From Bdellovibrionales bacterium (GTDB lineage Bacteria; Bdellovibrionota; Bdellovibrionia; Bdellovibrionales; UBA1609): DNA of 64,000 bases. Under the pieces are notes generated by a model. The model saw only the letters and a program-made list of their open reading frames with translations, ran no database searches and was not told where the DNA came from. This document shows positions 18,021 to 29,025 of this stretch, piece by piece (the first letter of the stretch is position 1; every line of letters starts with the position of its first letter). Both the position numbers and the translations under genes were made by a program. The stretch is taken from the NCBI GenBank assembly GCA_965261545.1, contig CBDHDF010000007.1, positions 384,001 through 448,000 of the forward strand, given 5' to 3'.

Positions 18021-18285
18021 TGGACCCCAATGTCAGACTGAAAAACTTGATTTTTAAGCTACACCACAGCGCATAAAGAAGCCCCGTGTTAATGTGTTAA
18101 ATCCACCTCTCCCATATGCACCTGATAAGGGGTGCAATCCTGAAGAGACTGGTGTGGCCTTTTATTATTATAAAAATTAAAATACGTTTTAAAACCTTTG
18201 TTGGCTTGAACCATTGATTTGTCTTGATAGCCTTTCAAGTAAACCTCTTCGTACTTAACAGACCGCCAAAGCCGCTCGATCATGA
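18021..18285 (-). pseudogene. IS3-family remnant (transposase C-terminus and right end)
   Basis: IERLWRSVKYEEVYL...YNNKRPHQSL..TP; minus-strand end TTGGGGTCCA. Confidence 0.85.
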
Positions 18286-18294
18286 TGTTTGCAA

Positions 18295-18390
18295 AATTTC
18301 ACCTAGTTTGACCCACCCAATTTCACCTAGTTTGACCCACCCGATTTCACGAAGTTTGACCCACTGAATTTCACCAAACATTGACCCACT
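18295..18390. repeat. Four ~24-bp tandem repeats (IS21 left-end transposase sites)
   Basis: ATTTCAC(CTAG/GAAG/CAAAC)..TTGACCCAC x4. Confidence 0.85.
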
Positions 18391-18441
18391 TAGATCTTCA
18401 TAGATATTCTTTCTGCGCTACGCATTAACGAGGAGGTGTCT

Positions 18442-19966
18442 ATGGGCAAACAAGGTAAGAAAAAAGGAGCAAGAATGATCAACAATATTAAGAAATACAT
18501 AGAGCTTGGACTCAGTTCGAGACAAATAGCTCGAGCTATGGGTGTTAGTCGGAACACTGTGAAGAAGTATGTGAAGGATAGTCCCGGAGGCCCTAACAGC
18601 CGCTCAAAGGGGTCGCATGGGCCCTACCAAGCCCCATGGTCATCCAAGGTGAATTGGACAGATGTTCGCCTCAAGCAAAGCCTAGGGACTCAATTGGCTC
18701 ATTACTGGGAGCGACATATTCAGTCCGAGATTGACGGTGTGAGTTATCTTTCTTTTTGGAGAGAGTTTCGTCGGAGGCACCCAAGTATAAAGCTTGATAT
18801 GCACCAGACATTCACCCCTGGTGAACGGAGCCCGGAGTGAGTTTGACTATAAGGGAAAAGACTCTTGTTTTGGCTATACAGATGCCAAGACTGGGGAGTT
18901 CATCCCATGTCGATTATTTGGAATGATACTTCCATCGAGTCAGTTTTTCTTTCCATGCGCCACATTAACAGAGCAGCGGGAAGATGTTTTTTCCTCCATA
19001 GCTTCTGGTTTTGAGTTTTTTGGTGGTGTGACCGGAACCATTGCTTTTGATAACGCAAAGGTTCAAGTGACAAGAGCTGATACTTATGACCCCGATATTA
19101 ACTCTGAGTTTCACCTCTTGTGTGATCACTACAATGTGGCTCCTTTGGCGATGAGGCCATCTCGCCCCAAAGACAAGAGTCTTATCGAAAATACCCTTGG
19201 AGTCTTTTGGCGCTGGTCTTGGCCCCAGATAAGAGAGCGGCAAATGTATTCTCTAGCAGACATCAACGCTGAGTTGAAGCATTTGGCAGCTATTTTCAAT
19301 GATCGTATTCAAAAAAAGTATGGGTTGAGTCGTCGACAGAAGTTTGAATCTTTTGAGAAGTCAAAATTGAATCCTCTTCCTGAAAGACGCTATGAGAGTG
19401 GATTCTGGAAGCATTCCAAGGTTCATCCGGATTGTCACATTCAATATAACTACAATTTTTACTCTGTTCCTTATAAGCATCGCGGCAAGAAGTTAGATAT
19501 TCGTATTAGCCAACAATGCTTGGAGGTTTATTCAGAATTAGAGCGGGTGGCGATACATCACATCCCCCAGGGAAGTCGAGGGCGCTACTTTACGACAAAA
19601 TCTCATCTCCCTGAGTCCCACCGGGCCATTTTAGAGCAAACGCCACAAAATGTACTTAAAGAGGCATCAAGCCTTGGAGAAAGCATTCACAAAGTTGCCG
19701 AGCGGCTTATCAAAGAGCCTCGCCATCCGCTTATGTATCTTCGTCGTGTTCAGGGGATACTCAATCTAAGAAAACGGTATTCAACAGCTTCTTTGGAGCA
19801 GGCTTGCTCATTTTTTGTAGATGCAGCTTTAAGTGACATTAGGGTTCGTGGAGTTGAGAAAGTCATTTCAGCAAAAAGTCATCGAAAAGAGGAGCCAAGA
19901 GTCTGCCGTCAACCTAATGAAAATTTAAGAGGTTCAGAGCACTGGGAGAATGCTTGCCGCCACTAA
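18442..19966 (+). pseudogene. istA: IstA frameshifted by a 7-bp insertion at 18831-18837
   Basis: HTH in 18436..18840 and DDE core in 18794..19966; deleting CCCGGAG restores PGERSEFDY. Confidence 0.88.
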
Positions 19967-20047
19967 TCACATAGCCCCGGTGGGTGGTTCTCAACCACCT
20001 AACGGGTCATTTTGACCTCCATAAGAGAGGTCGTATAGGAGAAGAAA

Positions 20048-20211
20048 ATGATTAAACAAACAGAAAATTTATTAGAGATATTAAAAATGAGGGGAGTTTT
20101 AGCAACCTTGAGCCAGAGGCTCAAAGAAGCTGAGGAGCAGGATCTTGGTTACGAGGACTTTCTAAATGTCATCTTTGAGGACGAAAAAATCCATCGTGAA
20201 AATCAGAAGGT
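20048..20211 (+). pseudogene. istB: IstB N-terminal fragment
   Basis: LKMRG...L.YEDFL....EDE...RE pattern directly after istA; interrupted at an IS end. Confidence 0.75.
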
Positions 20212-20924
20212 CCCGAGTTTGACAGCAGCATCTGCGTCAAACGAATGATATTAAAGGATTAACGCATATAGTTGTATTTTGTTTATCCACACTTGTGGGC
20301 ATTAAGGATTCTGGGAGGGATGGGGACGCCTGCGGCTTTAAATAAGGAGTTGGCATTGCCAGTGATATCTGTGCGGGTCCAAATGACTTGATCACGAATT
20401 TTAACAGGGATAGCCCTAACTTCCTTGAGTTCCCTCATGGCCTCTACAACAGTTAAAGGTCGCTCTTTAACATGACCAATGCCTATGGCTGGGCTTTTTA
20501 GGTTCATCTTCTTATCTCTTAAACATTTTGTAAGGTGAGCCTCACAAAGATAAGTTAAAAAGCATAGAGTTAAATGTCCAATAATCCTCTGGTCTGTCCA
20601 ATGGAAAACAGGACGTGTTTTCAAAGTCCCTTTTAACTCACCAAAAGCATCTTCAATTTTCCACAATTCTTTGTAGTTGATAATAATCTCATCTGCCGTC
20701 AAGTCTTTGACATTTGTAAGGACGGCAAAAAAACCATCAATTTTTTGGGTATATCCGAGTTTCTCAACAGAAAATGGGCCTAATTTCGACGTCGCAGAAT
20801 TACCGCATTAAAAACCAAGAAAATAATTCAATTTCCATGATTTATCCCCCTCATTACTTTACCCATAACAAAACCATGGTTTAATCTCTTAATTTACTTA
20901 TTGGAAAATAATACAGGAGATGCC

Positions 20925-22166
20925 ATGGTCTTGAATAAGTTTATTATAAAGATGTTGAAATTATCATTCTTAAAAGTGACTTGGGTTAAATTTAAAAATC
21001 GAAATCAAGAACTTCACTTAGGGGTTAAACCCCATAAGAATGGCTGCCGCTGTCCTCATTGTGGACGCCGCTGTAAGATACTTAGATGCTTAGAAGAAAG
21101 AGTGTGGCGAGATATCGTCGTGTGCGGTACCCCCATTTATTTCCATTATTCTCCGAAGGAAGTTCTGTGTCCCACTCATGGTCGTATTATGGAGAGAATT
21201 CCTTGGGCCGACCACTTCAGTCGAGTCACCTATCGTCTGGAACTAACAATTCTGACCCTGACCAAGCAGATGACCCAAAAAGCCGTTTCAGAGCTTGTCA
21301 AGATACCCACATCCACCTTATCTGATCTTATTCATCGAATCATCCACAGGGAACGAGATGGTCACAAAATTCGTGGTTTGGAGGTCATTGGAGTCGATGA
21401 AATTTCTTATGCTAAGGGAAGGAAGTTTATTACCTTGATTTACGACATGAAGAAAGGCTGTGTCGTTTGGATTGGAAAAGGTAAGGGTAAGGAGACAATA
21501 GACTCCTTTTTTACAAAGGAACTCAGCCAATATCAGCGAGACAAAATTAGAGTGGCTTGTTGTGATATGGCTCAAGGCTACATCTCCTCTATCAAGGAGC
21601 ATTGTAAGAATGCTACTCTCGTTTTGGACAAATTTCACATTATTCAATCCCTCAACAGGGCTGTGGATGAGGTGAGAAAAGAAATTTGGAGAGATGCCTG
21701 CAAGAAGGACAGAAAGGCTATTAAGGGAACTCGCTGGTTGATAGCCTACAGTTCATCCTCTCGTAGTAAGGCCCAAACTCGTAAAATTAACCTCATGGAG
21801 AAATCTAACAATAAAATATTCAGAGCATGGCTGCTTAAAGATAATTTTGAGCATTTCTGGGATTATGTGAGTCCAGGTCATGCTGCGAATTTTCTGAATG
21901 CCTGGATCACTCGTGCCTTAAGATCACGCATTGATTCTATGAAAAAGTTTGCCTTGATGCTCAGGAAGCACCAAGAAAATATTCTTTCCTTCATTAAAGA
22001 TCCTGTCACAAATGCCAAGGCTGAGGGAATCAATCGCCTTCTAAAGATCATAAAAAATCGGGCTTCAGGATTTAAGAACCTACAGGGTTTTGAGAATATG
22101 ATTTACTTGTGTGCTGGGGATTTGGATATTGTTGGAAGTTTCCCCAAGCGTTTTTGTACATTATAG
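20925..22166 (+). CDS. ISL3-family transposase
   Basis: CPHCG zinc finger, IGVDE, CCDM, DKFH, TNAKAEGIN. Confidence 0.93.
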   Translation: MVLNKFIIKMLKLSFLKVTWVKFKNRNQELHLGVKPHKNGCRCPHCGRRCKILRCLEERVWRDIVVCGTPIYFHYSPKEVLCPTHGRIMERIPWADHFSRVTYRLELTILTLTKQMTQKAVSELVKIPTSTLSDLIHRIIHRERDGHKIRGLEVIGVDEISYAKGRKFITLIYDMKKGCVVWIGKGKGKETIDSFFTKELSQYQRDKIRVACCDMAQGYISSIKEHCKNATLVLDKFHIIQSLNRAVDEVRKEIWRDACKKDRKAIKGTRWLIAYSSSSRSKAQTRKINLMEKSNNKIFRAWLLKDNFEHFWDYVSPGHAANFLNAWITRALRSRIDSMKKFALMLRKHQENILSFIKDPVTNAKAEGINRLLKIIKNRASGFKNLQGFENMIYLCAGDLDIVGSFPKRFCTL

Positions 22167-22232
22167 TTTTTATTGTCGATCAACATTTCTTTTTCCAATT
22201 CACCTCCCCATACTAACTCCGCCAAGATGAGT

Positions 22233-22330
22233 CAGTTATCCACAGACTCATCCATGGCGACGCTGCGGCTATGGCCCTCGGAGCCACAATAAAGCAGCGC
22301 TGCTGTGGGTGAGTCTTGTGGATAACGGCG
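22233..22330 (-). other. Palindromic structured element with DnaA-box motifs in ISL3 3' region
   Basis: TTATCCACA 22236-22244 and TGTGGATAA 22317-22325 close a long stem; homologous to 9686-9784. Confidence 0.75.
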
Positions 22331-23952
22331 GCTCTCCACACAAGTGATTTGGTAGCCCTGTCCTCCGTGTTTTTATGTACAAATCTTAGGAATAACCTGT
22401 ACATCCAGTTTTTAGCTATTTCCCTAGGGAATTTGGACTTTAAGCTCCGAGAAACTCGGATATAGCCAATTTTTTCATCTAATTCTATTTGTTCTGCATT
22501 TAATTCAGGTTTTTTATTTTTGTCGTCAGCCATCTTTACATATTTCTTATAACCTTTATTGGAAACAAAAGTACTAGACTGAACACCTTTAGAAGATAGT
22601 TTTCCTTCGATCTTTTCAAGAAGGGATTCTCTAGATTTTTTATCCCTCTCTGCTCTTTTCCTAGACCAAGTCACAATACATCTATGCCCCCCATGGTCTG
22701 TTTCGTAAACAGCAAGCTCATTCTCATATACCCAGCTAAAACGATTTAAATCATAGACCTCTTGTTTCTTTTCTTTTTTTAAAGATCCAAGCTTCATACC
22801 AACAATAAACTCGCTTTGATCCTCACTGAGTTTGTCAGTATTAGCCTTTGATAAAAGCCCCCTATCAGCCACAAAAATGAAACGGCGTACATTAAACTTT
22901 TTTCTCATTTTATCAACAATATCTGAAAGCGTCTTGCCTTCAAAAGTATTACCAGGGAAAACCTCAAAACCTAAAGGGATGCCATCCCGATTCACCAACA
23001 AACCAAAGACAACTTGGGTGCAGTCTGATCGTCTCTCTTTACTATAGCCAAATTGACGAAGTTTCCCTAAGTCTGTTCTTGTACTCTCGAAGCGTAAGGT
23101 TGTTAAATCATACAACACAATGTCTACTTGGAAATTAAATAAATCTCGCCCCACCCAATAAAGCGAGTTCTCTATTTCATCCTTATGGGAGGCAAGTAAG
23201 TCCATAGACCGATAAATATGCTGGAGACTCAAATCACCCTTAATCATGTCTGGGTAAAAAGATTTTTGCCAATACTCAAAAACCTTTAACTTGGAACTAG
23301 GAGCAATAAATCGGATGGCAACTAAGGTAAAAATCACCTTACATAAATCAAATTGAACTTTCTCATGAGAATCTTTTATGTCTTTGAGGGTCTTATTGAT
23401 ACCCAGTTGATCAAACAACTTTTGTAAAATCAGCAAGGGACCCAAAATGAAAGTCTCTTCGATGTAAAGCTCCTTAGCCAATTGACTCACAGTGAGAAGC
23501 TCTCGGTGGCGGGATACGGCCTGCGCCAAACTATTAATCTTATCCTCTCCTCCTTCTCCAGCCTTACCTAAGGACATGAGCATGCGTTTTTTGGATTTGC
23601 CTTTTTCTCTGTAGGACTCCACAAGGTGGTAGTAGCACTGACCTTTTGAGTTTTTAGTCGTTTGGATGTACATGAGGATATTTTCTACATATTTCTATGA
23701 TATATCAATATTTAAAACGATAAAATCCTATTTTGTTTTCTACACTTTTTTTACGTCAATTTTAATTTTTCCAGCAGCTACCATTATATTTCAGTACAAC
23801 CCCAATTTCTGGAAATTTCGCATTTTAACGCAGATGCTGCTGTCAAACTCGGGATGTAGTAGATACATGTATCTTCGAGTATTGACAAGGGGGGCAAGAA
23901 TCATTTATCGCATATGGCAACGGACGAGATGTTCGAGTTCTAAATATTCAAG

Positions 23953-24870
23953 GTGTTCGAAATATTGAAACTTTGGCGATCTGCACAATACTGTATTCTT
24001 ACTTGGTTTTTACGGGCACTTGCCTGGTGTCCTCCCATCTGGCACGTTCCCATGGGGAGATGTCTTGGAGCCTTGGCTCAATGCCTCGCCGTACGTCGAC
24101 GACAAATTGTCGCCATCAATCTAGCTCACTGCTTTCCCGAACTCAGCCCTGAAGAGCGTAAGTCCCTTCTCCAAAAACATTTTTTCTCCCTAGGGCTTGC
24201 TCTCATTGAAACCGCCATGGCCTGGTATGCCCCAGCCTCCTTTTTACGAAAGTGGGTGGATATTGAGGGAGGTGAGCATCTTCATGCCGCCATGGCCAAG
24301 GGAAAGGGGGTTCTTCTTTTAGCCGGTCACTTTACAACCCTGGAAATATGTGGAGCTCGCCTTGGCCTAGAATTTTCTTTTATAGACTGCATGTACCGCT
24401 CCCATAAAAACCCATGGATGGAGCAAACCATGCAAAGGCGAGGGCGTTTTGGAGTCCATCTTATTGACAACAAGAATGTACGAAAACTCCTCCATCGCCT
24501 CAAGTCCAATCGAGCTATATGGTATGCCCCTGACCAGGACAGGGGCCTTCACAATCCATCCGTCTTTGCCCCCTTCTTTCAACGGCCCACAGCCACTCTC
24601 ACAGCCACTTCTCGCATTGCCAAGGCCAGCGGAGCCCCTGTCCTCCCTTTTCGAATGGAACGAAGCCCTCTCGGCAACAGATGCTTCTATCGGGCCATCA
24701 TTGAGCCTCCACTCCCCCACTTTCCAAGTGGTGATGATTTGGTCGACGCCACACAGGTCAACAAAGTCATTGAAGGATGGGTGCGCCAGTGTCCCGAACA
24801 GTACTTTTGGGTGCACCGCCGATTCAAAACCTCACCCCCAGGAGAACCTAGTTTATACGGCCATCTGTGA
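23953..24870 (+). CDS. lpxL: Lipid A late acyltransferase (LpxL/HtrB family)
   Basis: INLAHCFPE, GKGVLLLAGHFTTLE, WYAPDQD, PEQYFWVHRRFK. Confidence 0.9.
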   Translation: MFEILKLWRSAQYCILTWFLRALAWCPPIWHVPMGRCLGALAQCLAVRRRQIVAINLAHCFPELSPEERKSLLQKHFFSLGLALIETAMAWYAPASFLRKWVDIEGGEHLHAAMAKGKGVLLLAGHFTTLEICGARLGLEFSFIDCMYRSHKNPWMEQTMQRRGRFGVHLIDNKNVRKLLHRLKSNRAIWYAPDQDRGLHNPSVFAPFFQRPTATLTATSRIAKASGAPVLPFRMERSPLGNRCFYRAIIEPPLPHFPSGDDLVDATQVNKVIEGWVRQCPEQYFWVHRRFKTSPPGEPSLYGHL

Positions 24871-25060
24871 GTTCAGGCGACTTGATGTGGCCTACCATCG
24901 TATGGACCTCATAAATAAACGAGACCAATTCGAGCAATGCTGCTTAATTGTAATGGTAGGGCTAAAAGTATTGATTTGTTCACCATAACTCAGTAGAATG
25001 TAATTAATTCCTGCTTTTAATTTAAGCTCTTAATTTAAAATTTAACTAGAGGAGTATAAA

Positions 25061-26326
25061 ATGAACAAAGCTATTGTTTCTTTTTTGATGGTATTTCTGA
25101 TGGCCACCACTATTGTTATTTATCAAAATTGTGATTCCTCTTTGCCTCCTTCAGACACCAACGAGAGATTAAGCATGACTAAGAATAAGATTCGCTTCAC
25201 CAACGCACCACAAATTGACCTTCCATCGAATACGCTGCAAGGTTCTGGAACCTGCTCTTTCACCAGCGAAGATGATGACGCCGGTCATCTCACTTGGACC
25301 GTTGCAATGACTTCTTGTCCCGTTTGCACTCCCTACACTTTTATCGAAAAAAATGGCTGTGACGATGGAACTTTTAGCCACGCAAGGCCTCTTCCTCTAT
25401 CTATACATGCAGATTCAGCGCAAGATACCTACACAGTTAAGGTGGCCCTCACTAACAGCACCGCAAAATCCCCCATTCAACACACTCTCAACGCTGTGAT
25501 CACAGGGTCTCCCACTCCCCCAGGACCAACTCCCCCAGGACCAACTCCCCCAGGACCAACTCCCCCAGGGCCAACTCCCCCAGGACCAACTCCCCCAGGG
25601 CCAACTCCCCCAGGACCAACTCCCCCAGGGCCAACTCCCCCAGGACCAACTCCCCCAGGGCCAACAACTCCATCTATCACCAAAAACTTACCAACGGCAC
25701 AACTCACAGCCATAGCAGGCTCCAATATCCCCATGAACATCACGGTTTCAGGCAGTGGTAGCTATAGATATCAATGGTTTGTGAATGGGGCCCCTGTCTC
25801 TGGAGCCACTAAAAATAATCTACGCCTCAACCCCATTCAACTCACAGATGCCGGCCGATACCATGTGGTCGTCACTCTTCCTAACGGAAAAACTCTCACA
25901 TCCAAGGCCCGTCCCATCAAGGTGGTAGAATATCGTTGGGTGAATACGACAGACTCTAAAACGACAAAATACAGTCACATTAACAAAAATCATCGACAGG
26001 TCTGCGAGGCAGATAATTCTAGCATCGCCACGGAGGACCAAGGTTATGGGATTTGTGCCAGTGGAGAAAACAGACCCCGCCAAGGAACCAACTACCTAAG
26101 GATCAGCTATAAATTCGGAACCTCGGGCGCAAATCAAAGAGGAGGAAATACTATTGCCACCTATTCATATGATGTCTCATGCAACAAGGCAGGCTGTACC
26201 ACCGGCCAAGGATACGCCTGTTGGTATAACCAAGTCATCAATGGTCGCCAGCACAACCAACGCCGTGACAATGACAAAACAGACCGTGTGGTGGCCTATC
26301 TATGCCGAAGAGTTCAGACCCCTTAA
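25061..26326 (+). CDS. Secreted/lipoprotein with Pro-rich linker, Ig-like domain and Cys-rich C-terminus
   Basis: Signal peptide ending IYQNC, (PTPPG)10, YRYQW..NG....GAT...L......DAGRY Ig motif; GAGGAG RBS. Confidence 0.8.
   Translation: MNKAIVSFLMVFLMATTIVIYQNCDSSLPPSDTNERLSMTKNKIRFTNAPQIDLPSNTLQGSGTCSFTSEDDDAGHLTWTVAMTSCPVCTPYTFIEKNGCDDGTFSHARPLPLSIHADSAQDTYTVKVALTNSTAKSPIQHTLNAVITGSPTPPGPTPPGPTPPGPTPPGPTPPGPTPPGPTPPGPTPPGPTPPGPTPPGPTTPSITKNLPTAQLTAIAGSNIPMNITVSGSGSYRYQWFVNGAPVSGATKNNLRLNPIQLTDAGRYHVVVTLPNGKTLTSKARPIKVVEYRWVNTTDSKTTKYSHINKNHRQVCEADNSSIATEDQGYGICASGENRPRQGTNYLRISYKFGTSGANQRGGNTIATYSYDVSCNKAGCTTGQGYACWYNQVINGRQHNQRRDNDKTDRVVAYLCRRVQTP
25511..25665. repeat. 15-bp coding tandem repeat x10 (PTPPG)
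   Basis: CCAACTCCCCCAGG(A/G) units. Confidence 0.97.
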
Positions 26327-26356
26327 TGACGCCGATAATCTGATGCTAATGCTGCG

Positions 26357-28909
26357 ATGGTCTTGAGTTTAAAGAAGAGAAAGAGCCAAGATTTACAGGC
26401 GCCTAAACCTCCTCGTCCATGTCACCTATTCTTTCTCTTGGCCGGATTGTCAGGTTCTTGTGGCTTAGCCTATGAAATCATTTACTCACGACTTTTTTCA
26501 AACTACTTTGGTGATACCTTTTTGGTTAGTGGCATTATTCTTTCCTCTGTTTTCATGGGTATTTCCTTTGGAGCCTGGAAAAGTGGCCAATTTATAAATC
26601 GGCTTGCTTATATTGAATATGGTATCGGTCTTTATGCCTTTTGCGTGCCCACTCTTTTCTCCTTCTATGGTTTTTATATCTCCGATTTCGGTGGAAGTTT
26701 GACACTCAAGATTTACCAACTTGTTGTGCTTCTCTTTATCCCAAGCTTTCTTATTGGCAGCTGCGTGCCATTATTTTCTCAGTATATCCACACTTTTGGC
26801 CGCCACAAAAATTTTGCATTTGCAGCTGTCTATGCCACCTATAACTTTGGAGCTTTTCTAAGCGTCATAGCCATAGAGTTCATCCTACTCCGCCAATGGG
26901 GGATTTTATGGACCTCCTATTTCATTGGGATCATCAATATCTTTATTGGCACCACTCTATGGTTGTCAAAAAATCAAGTAAAGCTTGAAGTTTTTCAAAA
27001 ACGACATTTTCATCGTCCTGTGGCTATCAGCTTATTCTTGGCGAGCTTTGCTAGCGGTATTTTTCAACTATATGTATTGCAAATATCATCTCACATTTTT
27101 GGTCCTCTTCACGAAAACCTTGCTATTATCTTGCTATCGGCAATACTCGGAATTGTCATAGGGTCTCTACTCGCCAAGAACAAAACTGGATATATCCAAA
27201 AAACTCTTTCCTTAGAAATATCTCTGATTGCAAGTGCCTTTGCTTGCTTGCTTTTCTTACTCCTTTTGTCTTCTTTTATATCCACGGCTTTTTCAGTCTT
27301 GCACATCTCCTATCTAAAAGAATGGCCATTGATCACAAAGACTTTGTTGCTAACAATCTATCCTCTCCCTTTATTTATAACCTTTGGAACATGGTTGCCC
27401 CTGGTGGTAAAATATCATAAAAATCACGTTGATATCTCTGGTTCAGCTCTTGCTTTATCTAGCCTCGCCAATGGATTAGGGATGCTCTTTATGTTTCTCC
27501 TTCTGTATCGTTATTTAACCCTTCTACAAATCGGTATTTTTATTTTTGCTCTACTAACTCTCAGCTACTTGATTTTAAATCAAAACCAAAAAAATCATCC
27601 AAGAAAAAGTCCAAAGCATAGTACAAAAAATAGTCCAAAGAATCCAAGGAATAGAAGGAATAGTCAGATAAATTTTGCAAGAGTGATTCAATGCTTTTTT
27701 ATCGCCGGGGTTTTCATCCCAGGTATTTTCTATCTCTGGCCCCAAAAAACTCTGCTTCTTGGTGAAATGGCCTTATACAAATATAAATCACTTGAAATGA
27801 TAAAGGAAAACTTTAAAGAAGTTATTTTCTACAAATCTTTTGATCAGAATGCATCTATTATTTCATTTAAAGATGGTAAAAAAATGCTTATACTCAATGG
27901 CTATCATAGCCTAACATTTCATCCTCCTTATAGTAAAACAGTTCTCCACGAGATGATCGTTGGCGCTTCCCCTGTTCTTTTTAGCCAAGACACAAAACAG
28001 GCCCTCGTATTCGGCCTCGGGTCTGGCATCACGGCCGGCGCAACAGCCAAGCTGTACGACTCTACAAAGGTTGTTGAAATTAATCCTGCTATGCTAAATA
28101 TCCCTCAGCATTTTAAAGAAGAAAATCAAAATATTATAGCGGACAAAAACGTAGATATCGCCCTAGAAGATGGCATTTCTACTTTGTTGAATGAAAATAA
28201 GTTCTACGATGCCATTATCAACACAGTCACAAGCCCTAAATACTATTCATCAAGTAAGCTCTACACCCAAGAATTCTATCAAATTGTCCTATCCCGACTC
28301 AAAAAAGGGGGTGTTTACTCAAGCTATTTTTCTTTAAACGCATCTCCAGGTGGCATTAGTGTTATGTTGAACACATTGGAATCCACTTTTGATAAATGTC
28401 GTTATTTTATTTTATTCACTGGGTACTTTAATGTCGTATGTGGAATGAACACAGCCACCCACCCCTCCACCCATCGGGGTTCTGGGTTGTCCTATATGCC
28501 ACCAGAAATCATCATGGAACGCACAAGAAGGTCCTATTTAATGAAGCAATTTCGTAAATTTAAATTTCAAGATGATTTGCATAAGACGATGCGCGCCCTG
28601 GAAATTGATTTGAGTGATAATTTCTTCCAAAGATCTTTACCAGATATAAACACACTCAATTTACCCCTACTAGAATTTATGTATCAATCACCTTTTAAAG
28701 TCAATGTAGACGCTGAAAAAATAATAGATGCAATTACGAAGAACATTGAATTTCGACAAACGAGAGATTCTTCTGATTCCAATGGTTCCGAATGGAAATA
28801 CGCCTGCCGCACAATGCAGAATATGAGCACCACCCACTTCTCCCAAGCTATTCCAGCACCTTTTGAAGAATTCGACTGCCGAGATTCTTCCATGCAAGGG
28901 GGCGAATAG
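26357..28909 (+). CDS. Multi-pass membrane protein fused to a spermidine-synthase-like SAM-binding domain
   Basis: SGSCGLAYEII..R...FG, many TM segments, ALVFGLGSGITAG, VVEIN, EDG, LYTQEFY..V..RLK.GG. Confidence 0.8.
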   Translation: MVLSLKKRKSQDLQAPKPPRPCHLFFLLAGLSGSCGLAYEIIYSRLFSNYFGDTFLVSGIILSSVFMGISFGAWKSGQFINRLAYIEYGIGLYAFCVPTLFSFYGFYISDFGGSLTLKIYQLVVLLFIPSFLIGSCVPLFSQYIHTFGRHKNFAFAAVYATYNFGAFLSVIAIEFILLRQWGILWTSYFIGIINIFIGTTLWLSKNQVKLEVFQKRHFHRPVAISLFLASFASGIFQLYVLQISSHIFGPLHENLAIILLSAILGIVIGSLLAKNKTGYIQKTLSLEISLIASAFACLLFLLLLSSFISTAFSVLHISYLKEWPLITKTLLLTIYPLPLFITFGTWLPLVVKYHKNHVDISGSALALSSLANGLGMLFMFLLLYRYLTLLQIGIFIFALLTLSYLILNQNQKNHPRKSPKHSTKNSPKNPRNRRNSQINFARVIQCFFIAGVFIPGIFYLWPQKTLLLGEMALYKYKSLEMIKENFKEVIFYKSFDQNASIISFKDGKKMLILNGYHSLTFHPPYSKTVLHEMIVGASPVLFSQDTKQALVFGLGSGITAGATAKLYDSTKVVEINPAMLNIPQHFKEENQNIIADKNVDIALEDGISTLLNENKFYDAIINTVTSPKYYSSSKLYTQEFYQIVLSRLKKGGVYSSYFSLNASPGGISVMLNTLESTFDKCRYFILFTGYFNVVCGMNTATHPSTHRGSGLSYMPPEIIMERTRRSYLMKQFRKFKFQDDLHKTMRALEIDLSDNFFQRSLPDINTLNLPLLEFMYQSPFKVNVDAEKIIDAITKNIEFRQTRDSSDSNGSEWKYACRTMQNMSTTHFSQAIPAPFEEFDCRDSSMQGGE

Positions 28910-29025
28910 GGAAGAAATCCCCAAAGTAAACATAAGAATAAGCTGGGGCATGGGACAAAAGTCTAGTGGTGGTTATAAAGGTTTGCCAATAGGTGGAGCA
29001 ATCAGGTTAGAATGTAGCTACTCCC

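Larger units (their letters stand above)
18286..20211 (+). mobile_element. Second IS21-family element, right part lost
   Basis: TG start, tandem end repeats, istA and truncated istB, cut at the IS1634-C end. Confidence 0.85.
20747..22467 (+). mobile_element. ISL3-family element, complete
   Basis: IRs GGGTATATCCGAGTTTCTC / GAGAAACTCGGATATAGCC; 8-bp target duplication AATTTTTT (20739-20746, 22468-22475). Confidence 0.95.
20283..23673 (-). pseudogene. IS1634 transposase split by ISL3 (23673-22468 + 20738-20283)
   Basis: YDLTTLRFE, FGYSKERRSD, VADRG, YKELWKIEDAF; rejoined 553-aa frame reads ELDEKIDGFFAVLTN. Confidence 0.9.
20212..23853 (-). mobile_element. IS1634-family element C interrupted by ISL3
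   Basis: IRs CCCGAGTTTGACAGCAGCATCTGCGT / ACGCAGATGCTGCTGTCAAACTCGGG; flanks do not match. Confidence 0.9.

Noticed and set aside
18295..18390. CRISPR-like repeat array
   Set aside because: Repeats are contiguous without spacers and sit at an IS21 left end
22213..23673. 486-aa ORF as an intact transposase
   Set aside because: After EKI it reads into ISL3; the real C-terminus is at 20283-20738
25477..25743. Antisense (GPGGV)n elastin-like ORF
   Set aside because: Mirror of the PTPPG repeat
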